From NCBI GenBank assembly GCA_040388355.1, contig JAZKCD010000016.1, positions 2,137 through 66,136 on the forward strand: 64,000 bases of DNA. The letters run 5' to 3'. The notes beneath the pieces are model-generated. The model had not been told where the DNA came from. It saw nothing but the letters and a program-made list of their open reading frames with translations, and ran no database searches. A program made the position numbers and the translations under genes. The stretch comes from Pseudomonadota bacterium. Its GTDB lineage: Bacteria > Pseudomonadota > Alphaproteobacteria > Sphingomonadales > Sphingomonadaceae. This document shows, in pieces, positions 42,821 to 51,783 of this stretch (position 1 is the stretch's first letter; the number at the start of each line of letters is the position of its first letter).

Positions 42821-43491
42821 GCACGCGCCTCGCCGCCTTCGCCGCGCGCTTCCGCCGCGACACCAGCGGCGTCGCGCTGCTCGAGTTCGCGCTGACGCTG
42901 CCGGTGCTGCTGCTGCTGTCGCTCACCGGCGCCGAGCTGACCAACTACATCACCACCAAGATGCGGATCAGCCAGATCTCGCTGCATCTGGCGGACAATG
43001 CCGCGCGGATCGGCTCGGGAACCCAGCTCTCGCTCAAGACGATCAGCGAATCGGACATCAACGACCTGTTCATCGGCGCCAACATGCAGTCGGGCGAGCT
43101 GGCGCTGAGGACCAACGGCCGCATCATCCTGTCGAGCGTGGAGCCCGATCCCTCCAACACCGGCAAGTACAAGATCGTCTGGCAGCGCTGCTACGGCCTC
43201 AAGACCACCCATGCCTCGACCTATGGCGTCGCGGGCGCGAGCAATCTCACCGGCGTCGGCCCCGCCGGCCGCCAGACCGTCGCCCCCGCCAGCGGCGTCG
43301 CGATGTTCGTCGAGGTCTATTACGTCTATCAGCCGCTGGTGAAGGCCTCGATCGCGCCGAACACCGACATGACCGAGATCGCCTCGATGATGGTCCGCGA
43401 CCGCCGCGACACCAGCGACGACACCGCGACCACCAATCTCCACCCCAAGGGCGTCTACAAGGTCACCGGAGTTACCGCCTCGACCTGCTGA
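42817..43491 (+). CDS. TadE/TadF-like pseudopilin
   Basis: RDTSGVALLEFALTLP; GTGA overlap. Confidence 0.88.
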   Translation: MSTRLAAFAARFRRDTSGVALLEFALTLPVLLLLSLTGAELTNYITTKMRISQISLHLADNAARIGSGTQLSLKTISESDINDLFIGANMQSGELALRTNGRIILSSVEPDPSNTGKYKIVWQRCYGLKTTHASTYGVAGASNLTGVGPAGRQTVAPASGVAMFVEVYYVYQPLVKASIAPNTDMTEIASMMVRDRRDTSDDTATTNLHPKGVYKVTGVTASTC

Positions 43492-43511
43492 GCGTCCGCA
43501 CGCCCGTTCCT

Positions 43512-44336
43512 TCAGCGGTAGGGCGGGCGATGAAGCCCCTTGGGGCTGACCGTGAAAATTTCCGGCCCCGCCTCGGTGACACCGATCGAATGCTCGAACT
43601 GCGCGGAGAGCGAGCGGTCCCGCGTCACCGCCGTCCAGTCGTCGTCGAGGATCTTCACGCCGGGCTTGCCGATGTTGATCATCGGCTCGACGGTGAAGAT
43701 CATGCCGGGACGCAGCTCGGGGCCGGTGCCGCGGCGGCCGTAATGATGCACGTCGGGCTGGTCGTGATAGACCAGCCCCACGCCGTGCCCGACAAAGTCC
43801 CGCACCACCCCATAGCGATGCTGCTCGGCATGCCGCTGGATCGCATGCCCGATGTCTCCCAGATGATTGCCGGGCACGGCCTGCTCGATGCCGAGCATCA
43901 TGCATTCATAGGTCACGTCGATCAGGCGCCTCGCCTTCAGCGGCGCGTCGCCGACCACGAACATCCGGCTGGTGTCGCCGTGCCACCCGTCGACGACGGC
44001 AGTCAGGTCGATGTTGAGGATATCGCCGGCCGCAAGCGTCCTGGCGCCGGGGATGCCGTGGCACACGACATGGTTCACCGAGATGCAGGTCGCGTGCGCA
44101 TAGCCCTTGTAGCCGATGTTGATCGGCACCGCGCCCGCCGCGACGATGGCATCGCGCGCGAAATCGTCGAGTTCACCGGTGCTGACTCCCGGCACGACCA
44201 GCGGCACCAGCGCATCGAGCGTTTCGGCGGCAATCCTGCCCGCCCGCCGCATCCCCTCGAACGCATCCGCGCCATAGAGCTTGATCGCGCTGGTCCGGAC
44301 GCGCGGGGTGCTCGCAGTGACGTCGAGATAGGTCAT
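43512..44336 (-). CDS. map: Type I methionine aminopeptidase
   Basis: CISVNHVVCHGIP, NIDLT, GDTSR, GHGVG, TVEPMIN, AQFEHSI. Confidence 0.93.
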   Translation of the reverse strand: MTYLDVTASTPRVRTSAIKLYGADAFEGMRRAGRIAAETLDALVPLVVPGVSTGELDDFARDAIVAAGAVPINIGYKGYAHATCISVNHVVCHGIPGARTLAAGDILNIDLTAVVDGWHGDTSRMFVVGDAPLKARRLIDVTYECMMLGIEQAVPGNHLGDIGHAIQRHAEQHRYGVVRDFVGHGVGLVYHDQPDVHHYGRRGTGPELRPGMIFTVEPMINIGKPGVKILDDDWTAVTRDRSLSAQFEHSIGVTEAGPEIFTVSPKGLHRPPYR

Positions 44337-44419
44337 TGCGCGCAGATAGAGGGGCCGGGATGGATTTTCCATCGATCTCGATGTGCGCGATTGCTCGATC
44401 GAGTAGCGGCACCTTCTTG

Positions 44420-44446
44420 GCCCTCTCCCGCGAAAGCGGGAGAGGG
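44420..44446. repeat. Solo hairpin of family A element
   Basis: ccctctcccgcgaaagcgggagaggg. Confidence 0.8.
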
Positions 44447-44453
44447 GTGGAAA

Positions 44454-45848
44454 CTACCGGTACGTCACCTTCTTCACCGCGGCCACGACCCTGGCGACAT
44501 CGACCAGCGCGAGCTTCTCGAGATTGGCTGCATAGGGCAACGGCACGTCCTCGTTGGTCACGCGCAGCACCGGGGCGTCGAGATCGTCGAAGCCCTGCTC
44601 CATCGCCACCGCGATGATCTCCGACGCGATCGAGCAGACCGGCCAGCCTTCCTCGACCACCACCATCCGGTTGGTCTTCTTGAGGCTCTCGAGCACCGTC
44701 GCGGTGTCGAGCGGGCGCAGCGTGCGCAGGTCGACGACTTCGGCGTCGACTCCCTCGCCCGCCAGCGTCTCGGCGGCTTCGAGCGCGAGCCCGACGCCGA
44801 TCGAATAGGAGACGATCGTCACGTCCTTGCCCGGCCGCACGATCCGCGCCTTGCCGATCGGCAGCACCCAGTCGTCGGTCTTGGGCACGTCGAAGCTGCG
44901 GCCGTAGAGCAGCTCGTTCTCGAGGAAGACCACCGGGTCGTCGGTGCGGATCGCCGCCTTGAGCAGCCCCTTGGCATCGGCGCCGTCATAGGGCGCGATC
45001 ACGATCAGCCCGGGCACGCTGGCGTACCACGGCCCGTAATTCTGCGAATGCTGCGCGCCGACCCGGCTCGCCGCGCCGTTGGGTCCGCGGAACACGATCG
45101 GGCAGCGCATCTGCCCGCCCGACAGATAGTTGGTCTTGGCGGCCGAATTGATGATGTGGTCGATCGCCTGCATCGCAAAGTTGAAGGTCATGAACTCGAT
45201 GATCGGCTTCAGCCCGCCCATCGCCGCGCCCGTCCCGACCCCGGCAAAGCCATATTCGGTGATCGGCGTGTCGATCACGCGCTTGGGCCCGAACTCGTCG
45301 AGCAGGCCCTGCGTCACCTTGTACGCGCCCTGATATTCGGCGACTTCCTCGCCCATCACGAACACGCGGGGATCGGCGCGCATTTCCTCCGCCATCGCGT
45401 CGCGCAGCGATTCGCGCAGCGTCTGGCGGATCATCTCGGTGCCCGCGGGCAGCTCGGGATCGGCGACGGTCGCGGCCTTGCTGCTGGCGAGCTGGGCGGT
45501 GCCGCTCTCGGCCTTGGCGGCCGCCGGCGCCTCGGACTCCGCGGCCTTCTGCTCGACGGCGGGCGCTTCGGCGGCAGGCGCCGGCGCCGGCGACGAGGCG
45601 TCCTCATCTTCCCCGGCGATCAGCGCGATCACGGTGCCGACCTTCACATTGTCGGTGCCCTCGGCGACGACGATCTGCGCGATCGTGCCTTCGTCGACCG
45701 CCTCGAATTCCATCGTCGCCTTGTCGGTCTCGATCTCGGCGAGGATGTCGCCCGATTTCACGGTGTCGCCCTGCTTGACCAGCCATTTGGCGAGCGTGCC
45801 CTCCTCCATCGTGGGCGAGAGCGCGGGCATCTTGAGTTCAATCGGCAT
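44454..45848 (-). CDS. pdhB: Pyruvate dehydrogenase E1 beta with N-terminal lipoyl domain
   Basis: [45 protein letters not shown]. Confidence 0.97.
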   Translation of the reverse strand: MPIELKMPALSPTMEEGTLAKWLVKQGDTVKSGDILAEIETDKATMEFEAVDEGTIAQIVVAEGTDNVKVGTVIALIAGEDEDASSPAPAPAAEAPAVEQKAAESEAPAAAKAESGTAQLASSKAATVADPELPAGTEMIRQTLRESLRDAMAEEMRADPRVFVMGEEVAEYQGAYKVTQGLLDEFGPKRVIDTPITEYGFAGVGTGAAMGGLKPIIEFMTFNFAMQAIDHIINSAAKTNYLSGGQMRCPIVFRGPNGAASRVGAQHSQNYGPWYASVPGLIVIAPYDGADAKGLLKAAIRTDDPVVFLENELLYGRSFDVPKTDDWVLPIGKARIVRPGKDVTIVSYSIGVGLALEAAETLAGEGVDAEVVDLRTLRPLDTATVLESLKKTNRMVVVEEGWPVCSIASEIIAVAMEQGFDDLDAPVLRVTNEDVPLPYAANLEKLALVDVARVVAAVKKVTYR

Positions 45849-45870
45849 GGGTTTCTCTATCCAGCAAGGA

Positions 45871-46326
45871 TCAGGATTTGGGCGAATCGCACACCGACAA
45901 GTCGTTCGGCGGCGGCGGAGTGGCGGCGAACATCGAACGCAGCTCGCCGAATGGCAGCCCGTGACCGTCATCGCTATTGGCACGAACCTGCAAGTCCGAG
46001 ATGATCATGCCTGCCGCGATCAGCGGCCGGTGAACCCCGATCAGTCTGTCCATCGTGCGGCCCATCGGCGAGGTCGAGTCGTCCAGCTTCCACGCAGCGA
46101 TCAGCGCGCAATCGAGCGGCGAGCGGAACCGCCGCGCGGCGACCCGGTCGTTGAGCACCGCGAGGTCTTCCGCCGACATCGAAGCGCGCAGGCACGCCTC
46201 GGCCGCCTCGATCGTCGCTGGCGCACAGCCGGCCAGCGCCTCCGACTTGAACGACGCCGGCAGCGCCACCGCGGCCGGAAACTCCTGCGCCGCGACCAGC
46301 CCCATCAAGGAAAGGGCCGCAAGCAT
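45871..46326 (-). CDS. Secreted hypothetical protein between pdhA and pdhB
   Basis: TGATG overlap with the pdhA stop; signal-like N-terminus; 4 Cys. Confidence 0.7.
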   Translation of the reverse strand: MLAALSLMGLVAAQEFPAAVALPASFKSEALAGCAPATIEAAEACLRASMSAEDLAVLNDRVAARRFRSPLDCALIAAWKLDDSTSPMGRTMDRLIGVHRPLIAAGMIISDLQVRANSDDGHGLPFGELRSMFAATPPPPNDLSVCDSPKS

Positions 46327-47375
46327 CAGTAGGACTCCACCAGCACGTCGGTATAGAGCTCGGCCGGCTCGGGTTCGGGGGTCTGCTCGGCGAAATCGGC
46401 GGCTTCGGAGACGAGCTTGCGGATTTCCTGCTCGATCGGCTTGAGCTGCTCCTCGGTGATGCCGAATTCCTCGAGCTCGCGCTTGGCCTGCTCGATCGGA
46501 TCGCTCTTCTCGCGGACCGACTGGACCTCCTCGCGGCTGCGATACTTGGCGGGATCGGACATCGAGTGGCCGCGGTACCGGTACGTCTTCATCTCGAGGA
46601 TGATCGGCCCCTTGCCCGCGCGGACCCAGGCCAGCGCTTCCTCGGCGGCGCCGCGGCAAGCGAGCACGTCCATGCCGTCGACCTGGATGCCGGGGATGCG
46701 GAAGCTCTCGCCGCGGCGATAGAGCTGGTCCTCGGACGAGGAGCGGTTGACGCTGGTGCCCATCGCGTACTGGTTGTTCTCGATCACATAGATGATCGGG
46801 AGCTTCCACAGCTCGGCCATGTTGAAGCTCTCATAGACCTGGCCCTGGTTCGACGCGCCGTCGCCGAAGTACGACATCGTTACCCCGCCATCCTCGCTAT
46901 ATTTGTGCGCGAAGGCGAGCCCGGTGCCGAGCGAGACCTGCGCGCCGACGATGCCATGGCCGCCGTAGAACTTCTTGCTCGTGGAGAACATGTGCATCGA
47001 GCCGCCCTTGCCGCGGCTGATCCCCGCGCCGCGCCCGGTCAGCTCGGCCATGATCACCTTGGGATCGATCCCGTACGCCAGCATATGGCCATGGTCGCGA
47101 TAGCCGGTGATCACGCTGTCCTTCTCGCCGTCGAGCGCCGACTGAAGCCCGACCGCGACGGCCTCCTGGCCGATATAGAGGTGGCAGAAGCCGCCGATGA
47201 AGCCCAGCCCGTAAAGCTGCCCCGCCTTCTCCTCGAAGCGGCGGATGAGCAGCATCTGCTTGTACAGCTCCAGAAGCTCCTCCTTCGAGGCTTTGTACCG
47301 TTCCGGTTCGTTTGGCCGCTCCCGGTTGGGTTTTGCAGGTTCGGTCGAGGCTTTTTTCGCCGGTGCTTTGGCCAT
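46326..47375 (-). CDS. pdhA: Pyruvate dehydrogenase E1 alpha
   Basis: GGFCHLYIGQEA, YRDHGH, GDGASNQGQ, YRYRGHSMSDP. Confidence 0.97.
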   Translation of the reverse strand: MAKAPAKKASTEPAKPNRERPNEPERYKASKEELLELYKQMLLIRRFEEKAGQLYGLGFIGGFCHLYIGQEAVAVGLQSALDGEKDSVITGYRDHGHMLAYGIDPKVIMAELTGRGAGISRGKGGSMHMFSTSKKFYGGHGIVGAQVSLGTGLAFAHKYSEDGGVTMSYFGDGASNQGQVYESFNMAELWKLPIIYVIENNQYAMGTSVNRSSSEDQLYRRGESFRIPGIQVDGMDVLACRGAAEEALAWVRAGKGPIILEMKTYRYRGHSMSDPAKYRSREEVQSVREKSDPIEQAKRELEEFGITEEQLKPIEQEIRKLVSEAADFAEQTPEPEPAELYTDVLVESY

Positions 47376-47553
47376 CTGGGCAAGGTCCCTGAGGGAAAAG
47401 GAAGGGGGTCTATAGGCGCGATTGCTTGCCTGCTGCAACGGCTGCGAACGCCATCGGGTTGCTTGCCGCCGTTACGGCATGCGCAGGTTGGCCGGACAAG
47501 CGGCCGGGGAGTCATCGAAAGGCGGGCGATGGTGAAAGAAAATCGCACTCGCC

Positions 47554-50500
47554 TCAATAATCCTTCCGATAGCGCACGCTCACGCTCGACCCGCCGAACG
47601 ATCCGGTCTGCGACAGGATGCTGAGCGCCCGGCTCAGCGCGATCTCGAGCTGGGTGGCGGTGAAGCCGCGGGCGTCGGTGATCACTTCGATATAGATGTC
47701 GTCGGTGATGTACTGCCCCGCCGCCAGCGCGGTGCCGCGGCCGGTGGTGTCGTCGGCGGCGAGGATGCGCAGCCGGCTGATCCCGGTCGCCGAGCGCAGC
47801 TTGCCGAGCGGATTGAGCCCGCCCCCGGTGCCGCGCAGCGAGTTGAGCGCGGCGGCGAGCTGGATCGCCTCGGTCGCCGACAGGTTGGTCACCGAGCTGC
47901 CGAACAGCAGCCGCGCGACGACTTCGTCCTGCGGCAGGCTCGGGGTCGAGGTGAACGACACCCGCGGCAGCTGCGCGGTGCCGGTGACGTTGAGGTTGGC
48001 GGTGACGCCCTCGGTGGTCGCGCTCGCGGCGATCTCGATGCTCGGGTTGGAGATCTCGCGCCCTTCCCAGCGGATCGTGCCCTTGGTCAGCTCGAAGCGG
48101 CGTCCGGCGAACTCGTAATCGCCGCGCACCACCGTCGCGCTGCCGCCGATCACCGGATTGGCCGAGGTGCCGCGGATCGTGACGTTGGCGCGCCATTCGG
48201 ACTCCAGCCCCATCCCCGAGATGAAGATCTGGTTGTCGGCGCGGATGCGCAGGTCGAGGTCCCAGCTCCCGGCATTCTGCGCGGCGAGGCGTTGTTCGGG
48301 CGTCTGGAACACATCGGTCTTGCGGCGGACGCCGGTGAGCTCGGCGACTTCGGCCGCGCCCTGGCGGATGACTTCGTAGCGTGCCTCGGGGATTTGCAGC
48401 TGGCCGGTGACGCGGTTGCCCTTGGCGTCGCGGATCACATTGATCTTGCCGGTGGCAGTCGCCGCCAGCGAGTCGCTGCGCGCCAGCCGGGCGTTGTTCA
48501 GGTCCGCGCTGATGTTCATCGGGAAGTTCGCCGCCGAGGACAGGCCGATCGTCCCGCTCGCCTTGACCGTGCCGGTGCCGGCGACGGCGGTCAGGTCCTC
48601 GATCACCAGGCTGTCGTTCGAGAAGCGTCCGGCGATCTTCATGCTCGACAGCCGCGTGCCGTAGATCTCGTTTTCATAGACCAGCTTGTCGCCGCGGACG
48701 ATTCCGGTCAGCTCGGGCTTGCGCACCCGCCCCGAGAAATCGGCGGCGACCCCGAGCGGCCCGTCGAGATTCTGGCCCGACAGCCCGGCGAGCGAGAACA
48801 GCACCGTTGCGGGGCCGTTGTAGCGGATCCCGCCCGAAAGCGGCGCCGCCAGCAGCCGCTCGCGCCAGCTCCCCGCCTCGGCGCCGAGCGGGCGCAGCGT
48901 CGCCACCATCCGCCCGATCGTCGTGGTCCCGCGCTTGACCAGCGCGCGCGCGTCGCCGCCGTCGGGCAGCAGCTTGCCGACAAAGGTCACGTTGACCGGA
49001 GTCGAGACCTTGGAGAGGCTCGACCGGGTGAAATCGGCGATCTCGAGCCGCGCGCTGGCGCTCGGGAAGCTGCTGGGGCTGGCCTGGGCGAAATCGAGGC
49101 TGCCGGTCGCCGACCCGCCGATCCCGAGCCCGGGGACGAAGGCGTTGACCACCGCGAGATCGAGGCTGTCGAGCCGGGTCTGGAAGGTCATCCCCTTGCC
49201 ATAGGTCCCCGCGATCCGGGCGCTGCCGCGATCGAGCTCGACTCGCGTCGGCATCAGCCGGTAGGTGCCGCCGTCGACCGCGATATGCGCGGGCTTCGGA
49301 GTCTTGAAGTTGAGCCCGTTGCCCTGCCCGACCAGCGCGACCAGCCATTCCTTCGGCGTGAAGCGCGCGCTCGCGCCGATGCGGAACGGCACCCCCGACG
49401 AGCCGGTCGCGAAAGCCTGGGCCGAGCCGCTGCCGCCGCGATAGTCGATCTTCACCCGCCCGACCTTGAGCGTGAAGCCGCCGCTGCGCAGGTTGGCGAC
49501 CTGCGCGTCGCCCACCACCTGCGGGGTATCGGCGAGCACGATCGACCCGGTCGCGAACGCCCGCCCGATGGTAAGCCCCGCCTGGCCCGGGATGGTGGCG
49601 TTGAGCGCGCGCGCGTCGAAATCGGCGCGCTGATACTGACCCTCGGCGCCGAGCCGGGCATGGCCGGTCACCCCCGACCCGGCGAAATCGAGCCGCCCGT
49701 CGAACGGCCCCGCCGCGGTCTGGAGCAACCTCCCGGTGATATCCATGCCCGCAAAGCGCGCATTGCGCACGTCGACGCTCAGCGCCCTGCCGCTCTGGAG
49801 CAGCACGTCGGCAGTGAACGGCCCGTAATCGGTGTCGCCCTTCGCCGTGATCGCATAGGCGCCGGTCCGGCTCGCCTTCACCAGCCCTTCGAGGTTGACC
49901 ATGCCGACGCCGAGCCCCGGCTTGGGCGCCTTGAGCAGCACCACCGGCGCCGCCAGCGGCCCGGTGACGTGCGCGGTGATCGGCCCGTAGGCGTTCGAGA
50001 AACCCTCGGCATCGAGCAGCAAGGTCCCGTCGGGATTGTAGCGCCCCGCCCCGCCGGTGATGCGGAATTCGGGCGCTGCCAGCCGCAGCTGGGTGAAGGT
50101 CACCACCCCGCGCGGATCGATTCCGACTTCGCTGGTCGCGACCGCGGTGCCGCCGAGGAAGGTGCGCACGCCCTCGCTGTAGATCCTCGCGCTGCGCCCC
50201 GCGACATGCCCGCGGATGCCCCAGCCGCCGCCCGGCGCGGCGAACAGCTTGGCGTCGGTGGCCAAATCGACCGTGCCGAGCCCCTGGATCTCATATTCGT
50301 TGATCCGCCCCTTGAGCGCGCCGGTATAGCGCCCCTCGCTGATATCGGCGACGAGGATCGCGGTCGCGTCGATCCGGTCGGACTTGAGCTTGAGATTGTC
50401 CGAGAGGATCTGGTCGCCGGTGATCGCGAGGTCGCCGTCGACGGTGAGGTTGGTCACCAGCCCGCCCGCCGAGCTCAGCCCGGCGACGCGCGCCGCCTTG

Positions 50501-51783
50501 GCGTGGACCGGCACGAGGATACGGTTGGCGTCGACACGCGCCCGGCCCTCGGCATAGAGCCGCTCGATGCGGATCTCGCCCATGCCGAGCGACGCCGCCT
50601 GCAGCTTGTAGTCGACCACCGGCCGCGCGAACGGCCCGTTGAGCGCAACCCCGAGCCGCACCGAGTTGCCGTTGAGATTGTCGGCGATCGCGCCGGGGGT
50701 AAGCAGCAGCGCATCGATGCGGAAATTGCCGAAGCGGCTCGCGCCGAGATCGAGCATCCCGTTGCAGGTCAGCGAAAGCGCCTTGGAGCGCAGCTCGAGC
50801 CTGGTATCGGCCTTGCGGTCGCTCCACGCGACGTCGAGCGCAACATCCATCTGCGGCGCGGTCAGCCGCTCGACCGGACCCTTCATGTACAGCCCGGGCT
50901 GGCTGGTGCCGCGGACATGGAAGGTGCCGCTCTGCGCGGTGATCGCAAGATCCGCCAGCTCGCCGCCGCCCAAGGTGCCGACCGCCTGGCCCTTCCAGTT
51001 CTTCCAGCTGCCGTCGCCGGTGATCGAGAAGGTCAGCGGCTCGGTCACGCCCGCCAGCCCGGCGACGAGCCCGCCCGCCGGCGCGTTGAGCCGGAGCGCA
51101 ATGTCGAGCTTGTCCTGGTCGGGCACCGCGTCGAGCTTGACCGCGAGCAGGTCGCCGCCGGCAACGCCCGGCGCGGTCAGCGTCCCGCCGGTCGCATCGA
51201 TCTGCGCGCGCCCGTCGGAGATGTGCACGCTGCCCGCCAGCTTCCCGATATGCCGCCGGCCGGTCACTGCCGGACCGATCTCGATCCGCGCCAGATCGAG
51301 CTTCGCCACGTCGATATTGATGTCGGGCAGGATCGGCGCGTTGGGGTCGCTCGGCACCGGCTTGAGCGCGGGCATCCGGTCGAGCTTGATCGCCGGGCTC
51401 ACCGCCGAGCGGATGTCGATGCGGTTGGCGAAATAGCTGAACGGGCGCCAGTCGAGTGCGATCTCGCGCGCGGTGGCGAAGGCGCCCTTGGTGTCGCGGA
51501 CCTCGACGTCGCGCAGCACCAGCGAGCCATAGAGCGACCCGTCGATCCGCCCGATGCGGAAATTGAGCCCCGAGGCGAGCGTGGTGTTGCTGATCTGCCG
51601 CGCGACGAACGCGCGGCCGGGCGCGGTGTTGAGCCCGAGCACCGCCGCGCCCGCCAGCACGGCCAGCGTCGCGACGACGATTCCCGCCCATTTGATCACG
51701 CGCCGCCACGCAGGCGCGCGGTCGACGATCACCACCGTCTCGACCGGCGCCTCGGCGGGAACATCGGGGGTGCGGGTCTCCAT
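47554..51783 (-). CDS. tamB: Translocation and assembly module TamB
   Basis: N-terminal TM, beta-taco repeats, C-terminal DUF490 region (GMGLESEW, FTSTPSLPQDEVVARLLFG). Confidence 0.92.
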   Translation of the reverse strand: METRTPDVPAEAPVETVVIVDRAPAWRRVIKWAGIVVATLAVLAGAAVLGLNTAPGRAFVARQISNTTLASGLNFRIGRIDGSLYGSLVLRDVEVRDTKGAFATAREIALDWRPFSYFANRIDIRSAVSPAIKLDRMPALKPVPSDPNAPILPDINIDVAKLDLARIEIGPAVTGRRHIGKLAGSVHISDGRAQIDATGGTLTAPGVAGGDLLAVKLDAVPDQDKLDIALRLNAPAGGLVAGLAGVTEPLTFSITGDGSWKNWKGQAVGTLGGGELADLAITAQSGTFHVRGTSQPGLYMKGPVERLTAPQMDVALDVAWSDRKADTRLELRSKALSLTCNGMLDLGASRFGNFRIDALLLTPGAIADNLNGNSVRLGVALNGPFARPVVDYKLQAASLGMGEIRIERLYAEGRARVDANRILVPVHAKAARVAGLSSAGGLVTNLTVDGDLAITGDQILSDNLKLKSDRIDATAILVADISEGRYTGALKGRINEYEIQGLGTVDLATDAKLFAAPGGGWGIRGHVAGRSARIYSEGVRTFLGGTAVATSEVGIDPRGVVTFTQLRLAAPEFRITGGAGRYNPDGTLLLDAEGFSNAYGPITAHVTGPLAAPVVLLKAPKPGLGVGMVNLEGLVKASRTGAYAITAKGDTDYGPFTADVLLQSGRALSVDVRNARFAGMDITGRLLQTAAGPFDGRLDFAGSGVTGHARLGAEGQYQRADFDARALNATIPGQAGLTIGRAFATGSIVLADTPQVVGDAQVANLRSGGFTLKVGRVKIDYRGGSGSAQAFATGSSGVPFRIGASARFTPKEWLVALVGQGNGLNFKTPKPAHIAVDGGTYRLMPTRVELDRGSARIAGTYGKGMTFQTRLDSLDLAVVNAFVPGLGIGGSATGSLDFAQASPSSFPSASARLEIADFTRSSLSKVSTPVNVTFVGKLLPDGGDARALVKRGTTTIGRMVATLRPLGAEAGSWRERLLAAPLSGGIRYNGPATVLFSLAGLSGQNLDGPLGVAADFSGRVRKPELTGIVRGDKLVYENEIYGTRLSSMKIAGRFSNDSLVIEDLTAVAGTGTVKASGTIGLSSAANFPMNISADLNNARLARSDSLAATATGKINVIRDAKGNRVTGQLQIPEARYEVIRQGAAEVAELTGVRRKTDVFQTPEQRLAAQNAGSWDLDLRIRADNQIFISGMGLESEWRANVTIRGTSANPVIGGSATVVRGDYEFAGRRFELTKGTIRWEGREISNPSIEIAASATTEGVTANLNVTGTAQLPRVSFTSTPSLPQDEVVARLLFGSSVTNLSATEAIQLAAALNSLRGTGGGLNPLGKLRSATGISRLRILAADDTTGRGTALAAGQYITDDIYIEVITDARGFTATQLEIALSRALSILSQTGSFGGSSVSVRYRKDY

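Noticed and set aside
42780-46004. 1074-aa plus-strand ORF
   Set aside because: Overlaps tadE out of frame and is antisense to map and pdhB; no recognisable motifs.
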